Shown: positions 1 to 5,035, numbered from the stretch's first letter. The stretch is 5,035 bases of DNA from Candidatus Nanopusillus sp. (GCA_036845085.1 DAIUEN010000037.1:1-5035), one strand, 5' to 3'. The notes: generated from the sequence alone by a model not told the origin. Made by a program: numbers and translations.

Positions 1-94
1 TTATTATATAACATTTTTTAAAAAATAAATGGTGTTAGCTTTTTTTATTATCTGTTTTTTAATAAAATGCAAATAATTAAAATCCATATATAAA

Positions 95-147
95 TTATTC
101 TAGTAACATTTAAAAATCTTTATTCTAGTACAACTTGTATATTCTAG
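95..147. repeat. Three direct copies of ATTCTAG (minus strand CTAGAAT): two exact 11-mers TTATTCTAGTA (95-105, 120-130) and a shorter third copy (141-147)
   Basis: Read directly from the sequence. The 11-mers are identical and start 25 bp apart. The third copy shares the core ATTCTAG and starts 19 bp after the core of the second copy. All three lie in the non-coding region downstream of aor. Confidence 0.7.
109..116 (-). promoter_or_regulatory. Candidate TATA box (TTTTTAAA on the minus strand) bracketed by two identical 11-bp repeats
   Basis: The minus strand reads TACTAGAATAA-AGATTTTTAAATGT-TACTAGAATAA-TTTATAT-ATG. The TATA-like box lies at -29 to -22 relative to the ATG at 87..85, and also upstream of whatever minus-strand gene lies beyond the left edge. 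The target gene is unknown. Confidence 0.25.
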
Positions 148-193
148 GTTAATTTCTTTGATTTTGTTCTATACTAAAGTTTAATTAATATAT

Positions 194-211
194 AAAAAAT
201 ATTTTTAAAAA
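194..211 (-). terminator. Oligo-T tracts downstream of aor (minus strand T5 at 207-211 and T6 at 194-199)
   Basis: The minus strand after the TAA stop reads TTGCAAAAATTTTTAAAAATATTTTTTATATA. The first T5 begins 10 nt after the stop. Alternating A5/T5 tracts mean T-runs occur on both strands. Confidence 0.4.
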
Positions 212-220
212 TTTTTGCAA

Positions 221-2116
221 TTATTTTATTTCTTCTAACTTGTCTGCAAGCCAGCCTAAGTTTAACTCTTCTAGTTTTTCTCTGGTGGGTCTACCATTAA
301 TCCATCCACGCGCTTTATAATATTCTGGTAGCATTTCGTTTATTTTTACTACATTTCCTGCAGAAGGACCTTCTTTAAACGGTTCTTCTAAAAATCTTCT
401 AGGTAAAGTATCGTATTCATAATTATCTCCAAATACTAATATATTGTATACTCTTTCAGCATTCCATATTCTTTCTCCAATCTTTAATAATTCTTGAGAA
501 TTTATTTCCCAGCCAGTAACAGCTGATATAAGCTCTGTATATATTTCTTCGTTTAAAGCATATCTTGTAAATCTACATAATATCATGCTATCTATAACCG
601 CTGCAAGATCTTGTTCTCTCTTTATTAATTCTCCTTTTCCTTTAGTTTCAAATCTATCTATATTTGTATTTTTAAGATACGTTGGTTCAGTTACTTCTTT
701 AAATAATCCTAATTGGTCATAATCTCCAGTATTACTTGTTGCATACCATAATCCATATCCCTGAGCTCCTCTAGGATCAAATCCGAATAAAGGCATTCCT
801 CTTTTATTTATCATTGCATATTCTTCAGTGCCATATTTTTTTGCAAAATCTTTTGTACCTTCTGCTAAATCATTTCCAATACCAATTCTATTAGCAATCC
901 TATAAATTAATTCTATAATAATTATAGGATCGCTCCAATTAATTTTCATTCCTTCTAGTTTTTCGTTTGGTATCTTTCCTTTTTCTATTAATTCTATAAA
1001 GGTTCCTATGACATGACTAGTTCCTATGATGTCTAAACCAAGTTCATTACATAAATGATATGCTCTTAGGACAGAAGGTAAATTATTATTATTTAGATTA
1101 TATCCGAATCCCCAAACACCCATATATTCAGGACCTTCTCCTTCAGTAGCGAAAGGAGGATCTTTTACTTTAGTATATTTTTTACATGCTATAGGACAAC
1201 CCCAACATATAGATTCTCTTGTTTTTTCTAAGTCTAAATATTCTTTAGAAATAGTTTCTCCAGACAATTTGTTGAAGTCTGGAAAGATGTTTGTTTGATA
1301 ATTTTTTACAGGGATCATTCCTTTTTCACTTAGAGCTTTTACTAAAAATCCGGCTGTTCCATACTTAGGTAATCTTTCTCCAGTAATTGGAGATTTTCTT
1401 ATAATTTGAGAAGATTTCACAATTATTTCTTTAAATTTTTCTGGATTAGCTATAGATGGTTTTAAATATCCTCTGACAGCTATAGCTTTTAAATTTTTAC
1501 TTCCAAATACAGAAGCAATTCCTCCTCTACCAATAGCACCTTTACCTTTATCATCCATTACTGCTGCAATTTTTACTAATTTTTCCCCAGCAGGTCCTAT
1601 GCTAATAACTTTGATGTTTTTTGTATCTTCTTTACCAACTATCGAAGATAATTCTTCTCTAATTAGATCAACAGTTTCGTATACCGTTTTTCCCCACAGT
1701 TTGTTGGCATCTCTTATTTCTACTTTTCTATCATATATCCATAAATATACTGGTTTTTCAGCTTTTCCTTCAATAATAATTATATCAAATCCAGAAAATT
1801 TTAATTCAGCTCCAAATTTTCCCCCAGCATTTCCTTCATATATTGTATTGGTTATTGGAGATTTTGTTATAATAGACCATCTTCCAGAAGTGGGAATACC
1901 AGAAATTCCTGTTAGTGGTCCTGTGGCAATGATCAATTTATTTTCAGGACTCCATGGATTTACAGATGGAAGAACTTCCTTTATCATATAATATGTGCCA
2001 ATTCCCCTTCCTCCCAACCACATTCTCAATACGTCTTCAGGAGGTAAAGGTTCTATAGAAAATTTATTTTCGCTTAGATTTATCCTCAATATTTTACCCA
2101 TATATCCAAATTGCAT
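221..2116 (-). CDS. aor: Aldehyde:ferredoxin oxidoreductase family enzyme (tungstopterin plus [4Fe-4S]), 631 aa; subfamily and substrate not assignable from sequence alone
   Basis: Complete ORF, ATG to TAA. The N-terminus MQFGYMGKILRINLS...WLGGRGIG fits the AOR/FOR N-terminal domain pattern (compare P. furiosus AOR MYGNWGRFIRVNLS...WLGSRGL). C304-W-G-C307-P-I-A-C311 (CxxCxxxC, nt 1184-1207, codons checked by hand) plus the distal DSMILC514RF give the four Cys ligands of the AOR-type [4Fe-4S] cluster, matching the Cys288/291/295/494 spacing in P. furiosus AOR. GPEY, NELGLD and DSMILC resemble the pterin-contacting motifs. Length is typical of the family (about 600-650 aa). Confidence 0.93.
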   Translation of the reverse strand: MQFGYMGKILRINLSENKFSIEPLPPEDVLRMWLGGRGIGTYYMIKEVLPSVNPWSPENKLIIATGPLTGISGIPTSGRWSIITKSPITNTIYEGNAGGKFGAELKFSGFDIIIIEGKAEKPVYLWIYDRKVEIRDANKLWGKTVYETVDLIREELSSIVGKEDTKNIKVISIGPAGEKLVKIAAVMDDKGKGAIGRGGIASVFGSKNLKAIAVRGYLKPSIANPEKFKEIIVKSSQIIRKSPITGERLPKYGTAGFLVKALSEKGMIPVKNYQTNIFPDFNKLSGETISKEYLDLEKTRESICWGCPIACKKYTKVKDPPFATEGEGPEYMGVWGFGYNLNNNNLPSVLRAYHLCNELGLDIIGTSHVIGTFIELIEKGKIPNEKLEGMKINWSDPIIIIELIYRIANRIGIGNDLAEGTKDFAKKYGTEEYAMINKRGMPLFGFDPRGAQGYGLWYATSNTGDYDQLGLFKEVTEPTYLKNTNIDRFETKGKGELIKREQDLAAVIDSMILCRFTRYALNEEIYTELISAVTGWEINSQELLKIGERIWNAERVYNILVFGDNYEYDTLPRRFLEEPFKEGPSAGNVVKINEMLPEYYKARGWINGRPTREKLEELNLGWLADKLEEIK

Positions 2117-2135
2117 AATTTTATATCTTAATTAA

Positions 2136-3434
2136 TCAATATAAAGTTTTCTCTAAAAGATTTTCATCTTTTATTTCAATAATTTTTCCCCTTAAGTCTA
2201 TTGGGGTAATATTTTCTATTTTAACTTTAATTATCTTCCCAAGTAGATTTCTATCAGATTTTACTATTATTTGCTTATATGCATAGTTTCTGGCTATCCA
2301 TGTATTTTCATATTTTCCTTTAGATTCTACTATTGCATATCCTTCCCAATTAATCCAGATTTTATTCCTTTCATATGCAGTTTTATTAAATATCTCCTTT
2401 AATTTTCTAGACCTTTCTTTTACAATATTACTTGGTAAATTTTTATATAATTTCACTGCCAAAGTTTTATCTCTTGGCCAAAATTTAGATATATTTATAA
2501 CATCAAATTTAATATTTTCTACTAATTCTAAAGTTTTCTTAAAATCTTCTTCATTTTCAGTAGGAAATCCTACAATTATATCTGTAGCTATAGAAGCTTC
2601 ATAATATTTCTTCCTTATTTTTTCTATTATCTCTATAAATTCTTTAATGGTATATCCTCTACCCATCGTTTTCAGTACTTCATCAGATCCTGACTGTACT
2701 GGAATGTGAAAAAATTTAAAAATGTTGTCATAATCGTATGCATCTAATAATTTATCAAAAAATTTATTTAATATTCCAGGATTTGCCATTCCCACTCTTA
2801 CGTAATATTCTCCTTTAATTTCTTTTAAACCATACAACAAATCTGCTAAATTTATTCCAAGATCATATCCATATGTCGCAAGATCTGTTCCTGTGAAATA
2901 TATAATTTTTAAATTTTTTAATTTAGCATCCCTAACTTCTTTATATATTAATTCTGGAGGGTAGCTTCTAATATTTCCTCTGGCAATTTTGGTAGCGCAA
3001 TATATACAATTCCATAAACAACCTTCTTGGAGAATTACATATTTTATAGGATATTGTTCTGCAGAAGGTAGTGTTAGCTTATTTATGAATCTTCTTTCCA
3101 AAAATTTATCTATCTTATTATTCATAAGATCTACAACTACTTCATATATTCTATCTATATTATCTACTCCTACTAATGGATAATTTTCAAACATTTCTGG
3201 TTTATGTTGAACTAAACAACCAGTTAAAATCAATTTTTTATTAGAATATGTTTTAACTAGTTTTATAGCATGATATTCTGACGGGGTTTTAACAGTGCAT
3301 GTATTAATTATTATTATATCAGCATCTTCTGGTTCTGAGTATTTAAGACCTTTTTCTATTAATATATTTTTCATTTTTTCGCTTTCTGCTCTATTAAGAG
3401 TACATCCTAAAGTTATTATAGAGAACTTAATCAT
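2136..3434 (-). CDS. Radical-SAM tRNA methylthiotransferase, MiaB/MtaB/CDKAL1 family, 432 aa; probably the archaeal-type t6A37 methylthiotransferase (ms2t6A), but subfamily is inference
   Basis: Complete ORF, ATG to TGA. The N-terminal MTTase (UPF0004) domain has the three conserved cysteines in their usual contexts: TLGC11, NTC46, TGC73. The radical-SAM motif is EGC139-LWN-C143-IY-C146 (CxxxCxxC; nt 2997-3020, checked by hand). The C-terminal beta-rich segment (about residues 360-420, GYAIVESKG...IIKVKIENITPIDLRGKII) fits a TRAM domain. Size and three-domain layout match archaeal/eukaryotic-type MTTases. Confidence 0.92.
   Translation of the reverse strand: MIKFSIITLGCTLNRAESEKMKNILIEKGLKYSEPEDADIIIINTCTVKTPSEYHAIKLVKTYSNKKLILTGCLVQHKPEMFENYPLVGVDNIDRIYEVVVDLMNNKIDKFLERRFINKLTLPSAEQYPIKYVILQEGCLWNCIYCATKIARGNIRSYPPELIYKEVRDAKLKNLKIIYFTGTDLATYGYDLGINLADLLYGLKEIKGEYYVRVGMANPGILNKFFDKLLDAYDYDNIFKFFHIPVQSGSDEVLKTMGRGYTIKEFIEIIEKIRKKYYEASIATDIIVGFPTENEEDFKKTLELVENIKFDVINISKFWPRDKTLAVKLYKNLPSNIVKERSRKLKEIFNKTAYERNKIWINWEGYAIVESKGKYENTWIARNYAYKQIIVKSDRNLLGKIIKVKIENITPIDLRGKIIEIKDENLLEKTLY
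2139..2145 (-). promoter_or_regulatory. Candidate archaeal TATA box (TTTATAT) for aor, lying inside the last codons of the upstream methylthiotransferase gene
   Basis: Minus-strand sequence upstream of the aor ATG reads GAGAAAACTTTATATTGATTAATTAAGATATAAAATT-ATG. TTTATAT spans -29 to -23 relative to the A of the ATG. That is the spacing expected for a TATA box about 26 nt upstream of a transcription start at or near the start codon (leaderless mRNA). A purine-rich BRE-like GAAAAC lies immediately upstream. There is no SD-like sequence. TATA-like strings are common in this DNA. Confidence 0.4.
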
Positions 3435-3459
3435 TGATAATATAATTTAGGTATTAAAC

Positions 3460-3472
3460 TTAATAATTAAAA
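3460..3472 (-). promoter_or_regulatory. Candidate TATA-like A/T box (TTTTAATTATTAA) for the methylthiotransferase gene
   Basis: It lies at -38 to -26 relative to the ATG at 3434 and downstream of the oligo-T run that follows the preceding gene. No SD-like motif is present. A second TATA-like string, TTTAATA at -24 to -18, makes the exact box ambiguous. Confidence 0.25.
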
Positions 3473-3477
3473 TTAGT

Positions 3478-3488
3478 AAAAAATAAAA
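3478..3488 (-). terminator. Oligo-T run (TTTTATTTTTT on the minus strand) downstream of the 391-aa gene; candidate archaeal intrinsic terminator
   Basis: It starts 12 nt after the TAA stop at 3500-3502. Archaeal RNA polymerase terminates at runs of 5 or more T. The run lies upstream of the candidate promoter of the next gene. Confidence 0.5.
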
Positions 3489-3499
3489 GTTGCCTGTTT

Positions 3500-4675
3500 T
3501 TATCTTTTTCTAGTATAAAAATCATTTAGATAACTATAGTTTCCATCATAGAATCCCTTTGTTACAAATGTTATACCTACTCCTAGATCTTTAATTTTTA
3601 CTATAGGAATTCCTTCTTTTGTGTATCCTAAGACTTCTGTGTTTCCAGTTACAAATGGTAATACAATTCCTTCTTCTCCAGGATTTAAAGGATTTTTTGG
3701 TTTTATTCCTATAATATTGTATACATCGTTAGCTAGTTCAACAGCTTCTTTTAGTTTATTATAGGTTTCTTTGTCTTCTATTACTATACCAACAGACATA
3801 CCTTTTCCTTTATCATATGCCCATAATATATCTTTATATGTTTTTCCATCTTGTGCTAAAACTTCAGGACTCTTTTCTAGTGTAATTATATAAATAGATC
3901 TGTCTTTGTTAAATACATTTTGATCATTTGTTCCTACGTAGAACATTTGGGTTTCTGGATCTAGGATATATATATTTTGATTATTAAGATCTAATAATGC
4001 TTTCCCAGATGCTACAAAAACATACATATTTATCCCTCTTTTATTTAAATACTTAGATATATTTAATATATTTTGAATATTTCGCTTATCTTTATCATGG
4101 TCATATGACAATTTTATTATCTTCATAGTTAATATTTTTTCTAACCCACCATTATTATAAATTTCTGATTTTAATCCTCCATTCATGATTAAATAGTATC
4201 CTCCCGTATTCATATCAGACACAGTTTCTATGCTGTTTATTTTTCCATAAACAACTGCTTTTCTATATTCTTCTTTGATTTTTCCTACGCTATTTTCATT
4301 ATTAGTTTTCCCACTAACAATATTAGTTATTGTTAGATTATTTCTTTTTTCTGCCATATTTATATTATTCAAATCTATATTACAATTACAATTATTATAT
4401 ATTGTGACTGTTTGTGTAAGTTTATCAGAAAATCCTTTCGTATTATTTGGATTTCTCGTATTTGTTATTATTTCGTCTAATCTACTAGATTTGCTATTAC
4501 TTGATGATCCAATAAAATAATTTAACATAGATCCCAAACCAATACCAGCAGTAAATAGTATGGCATATCTAAGTAATTTTCTTCTACTTATACCTTGTTC
4601 TCTATTTTCCTGAGATTGTTCTTGAGGTTGTGCTATACCTTGTTCTTTATTTTCCTGAGATGATGGTGCCGCCAT
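3500..4675 (-). CDS. Hypothetical exported or membrane-anchored protein, 391 aa, with a twin-arginine-like signal or type II signal anchor; no recognisable catalytic domain
   Basis: The long ORF is bounded by an in-frame TAA 3 codons upstream of the ATG, so no earlier start is possible. It is co-oriented with its neighbours and uses the same A/T-ending codons as the two enzyme genes. Residues 30-36, SRRKLLR, match the Tat consensus (S/T)-R-R-x-(F/L)-L-(K/R). A moderately hydrophobic, Gly/Ser/Thr-containing 20-aa segment YAILFTAGIGLGSMLNYFIG follows, then a Ser-rich stretch (nt about 4508-4588). The rest is N/K/I/G-rich and looks mostly beta-type, with four N-x-S/T sequons and only two Cys (NCNCN). 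I recognise no family motif. Confidence 0.8.
   Translation of the reverse strand: MAAPSSQENKEQGIAQPQEQSQENREQGISRRKLLRYAILFTAGIGLGSMLNYFIGSSSNSKSSRLDEIITNTRNPNNTKGFSDKLTQTVTIYNNCNCNIDLNNINMAEKRNNLTITNIVSGKTNNENSVGKIKEEYRKAVVYGKINSIETVSDMNTGGYYLIMNGGLKSEIYNNGGLEKILTMKIIKLSYDHDKDKRNIQNILNISKYLNKRGINMYVFVASGKALLDLNNQNIYILDPETQMFYVGTNDQNVFNKDRSIYIITLEKSPEVLAQDGKTYKDILWAYDKGKGMSVGIVIEDKETYNKLKEAVELANDVYNIIGIKPKNPLNPGEEGIVLPFVTGNTEVLGYTKEGIPIVKIKDLGVGITFVTKGFYDGNYSYLNDFYTRKR
4589..4661 (-). repeat. In-frame 45-bp-period direct duplication inside the 5' end of the 391-aa gene (28-bp cores 4589-4616 and 4634-4661, one mismatch)
   Basis: On the coding strand, ATCTCAGGAAAATAAAGAACAAGGTATA pairs with ATCTCAGGAAAATAGAGAACAAGGTATA. 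These encode SQENKEQGI (residues 6-14) and SQENREQGI (residues 21-29), a 15-aa period. Confidence 0.9.
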
Positions 4676-4742
4676 ACAATATTATTTACAAAAAAGGTTT
4701 TAAGTTTTTATCATTAAATGGTGGTACCATATTTAAACATTA
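4676..4742 (-). promoter_or_regulatory. Intergenic region expected to hold the promoter of the 391-aa gene; the TATA box is ambiguous
   Basis: The spacer is 67 bp. Minus-strand TATA-like candidates are TTAAAA at -28 to -23 (nt 4698-4703), TTTAATGATAAAAA at -43 to -30 and TTTAAATA at -62 to -55. There is no SD-like sequence before the ATG. An 8-bp palindrome TGGTACCA (4722-4729) is the only G/C-containing island in the spacer. Confidence 0.3.
4690..4695 (-). terminator. T6 run downstream of the partial membrane-protein ORF; possible terminator
   Basis: CCTTTTTTG on the minus strand lies 48-53 nt after the stop at 4743-4745. It is only 15-20 nt upstream of the next ATG, so it may instead be part of that gene's promoter or initial transcribed region. 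The two genes may also be co-transcribed. Confidence 0.25.
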
Positions 4743-5035
4743 TTAATAAAAAACGATAGAGGTAACTATAGGATAGATTACTTTTCCCGAATATTTTGCA
4801 GTACTTATGTGTTGTATATTTAAGCTTGGAATTAGATATATGATTATTGCAATTATGGAAAATGTTAATATTAATATGAATAAAAAGTATAAGATTGCAG
4901 AAATTCCTCCATATATGTATAACAGGTAAGTAATTCCAAATGTTATAGTAAATAATACTAAAATAATTCCGATAGTATATAATAGTAGTATCCCATATAT
5001 TTTTGCTACTAGTAAAATTATTACAGATGTAATTC
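4743..5035 (-). CDS. 3' end (C-terminal 96 aa) of a polytopic integral membrane protein; the 5' end lies beyond the right edge of the window
   Basis: Hand translation of the minus strand from 5033 gives ITSVIILLVAKIYGILLLYTIGIILVLFTITFGITYLLYIYGGISAILYFLFILILTFSIIAIIIYLIPSLNIQHISTAKYSGKVIYPIVTSIVFY, then TAA at 4743-4745. That is about three hydrophobic helices and a short polar tail. It is not in the ORF track because it has no Met codon inside the window. No plus-strand frame stays open across this region (longest about 50 codons), so it is not simply the antisense shadow of a plus-strand gene. Caveat: a second minus-strand frame is also open here, and AT-rich DNA readily yields spurious hydrophobic ORFs. 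Confidence 0.55.
   Translation of the reverse strand, partial: ITSVIILLVAKIYGILLLYTIGIILVLFTITFGITYLLYIYGGISAILYFLFILILTFSIIAIIIYLIPSLNIQHISTAKYSGKVIYPIVTSIVFY

Noticed and set aside
4-87. 27-codon minus-strand ORF (MDFNYLHFIKKQIIKKANTIYFLKNVI) as a stand-alone feature
   Set aside because: It is too short and compositionally ordinary to call as a gene from sequence alone. I kept it only as a possible target in the finding on the CTAGAAT repeats. An out-of-frame ATG at 14..12 could equally begin the unseen gene to the left.
1599-1991. 130-aa plus-strand ORF from the track
   Set aside because: It lies entirely antisense to the well-supported aor CDS. Its F/I/L/S-rich low-complexity translation is the usual shadow of an A-rich sense strand in AT-rich DNA. 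It has no motifs and no independent start or promoter signals.
181-2136. Identical 9-mers TTAATTAAT at 181-189 and 2128-2136 flanking the aor gene, considered as possible target-site duplication or cassette boundaries
   Set aside because: By a rough composition estimate, a pure A/T 9-mer is expected to recur by chance about once in 5 kb of this DNA. There are no inverted repeats, integrase or transposase, or composition shift to support mobility.
2989-3183. 64-aa plus-strand ORF from the track
   Set aside because: It is antisense to the radical-SAM core of the methylthiotransferase gene. It is short and has no recognisable features, so it is a shadow ORF.
3508-3515. Extra copy of TTCTAGTA (the core of the left-hand repeat) at the 3' end of the 391-aa CDS
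   Set aside because: It is only an 8-mer inside coding sequence (codons ACT AGA of ...YTRKR). CTAG occurs at roughly the frequency expected from composition across the window, so this is probably coincidence.
4379-4393. Micro-repeat ATTACAATTACAATT encoding NCNCN, the only cysteines of the 391-aa protein
   Set aside because: A hexamer repeated about 2.5 times is too short to interpret as a metal site or a slippage-prone tract. It is noted only as context for the orphan protein.
4275-4520. 81-aa plus-strand ORF from the track that looks like a membrane peptide
   Set aside because: It is antisense to the 391-aa CDS. Its hydrophobicity comes from T-rich antisense codons. This is also why I lowered my confidence in the partial membrane ORF at the right edge.
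4807-4929. 40-codon plus-strand ORF (MCCIFKLGIRYMIIAIMENVNINMNKKYKIAEIPPYMYNR)
   Set aside because: It is short, lies opposite the better minus-strand membrane ORF, and has no supporting signals.
4714-5034. A second open minus-strand frame at the right edge (NYICNNFTSSKNIWDTTIIYYRNYFSIIYYNIW...)
   Set aside because: It is open for 106 codons, but the translation is N/Y/I/C-rich low-complexity sequence without protein-like organisation. It would also run across the intergenic spacer. The overlapping frame that encodes clear transmembrane segments is the better model.
1-5035. Scan for CRISPR repeats, tRNA or rRNA, C/D-box sRNAs (TGATGA...CTGA in spacers), IS elements or terminal inverted repeats, toxin-antitoxin pairs and defence genes
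   Set aside because: I found none. The spacers are short (19, 65 and 67 bp) or lack box motifs (1-220). No spaced repeat array is present and no mobile-element proteins are encoded.

Overview
The window is strongly AT-rich (about three-quarters A+T by eye, not computed) and tightly packed. All credible genes lie on the minus strand. In transcription order (right to left) they are: (1) the 3' end of a polytopic membrane-protein ORF that runs off the right edge (4743..5035; missing from the ORF track because it has no ATG inside the window); (2) a 391-aa protein with no domain I recognise, carrying a duplicated Q/E-rich N-terminus, a twin-arginine-like SRRKLLR motif and one hydrophobic segment (3500..4675); (3) a radical-SAM tRNA methylthiotransferase of the MiaB/MtaB/CDKAL1 family (2136..3434); (4) a tungstopterin-type aldehyde:ferredoxin oxidoreductase family enzyme (221..2116). 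None of the three complete genes has a Shine-Dalgarno-like sequence. TATA-like A/T boxes sit about 25-30 nt upstream of the ATGs, and oligo-T runs follow the stop codons. Together with the gene content this suggests an archaeal, probably thermophilic, Thermoproteota-like genome with mostly leaderless mRNAs; this is inference only. I see no CRISPR array, tRNA or rRNA, transposase or integrase, defence genes or other clear multi-gene system. The two enzymes are ordinary housekeeping or metabolic genes. The best candidates for novelty are modest: the orphan RR-motif protein with its membrane-protein neighbour, and a triple CTAGAAT(A) repeat bracketing a TATA-like box in the left non-coding 220 bp. 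In DNA this AT-rich, every promoter, terminator and operator call is weak.
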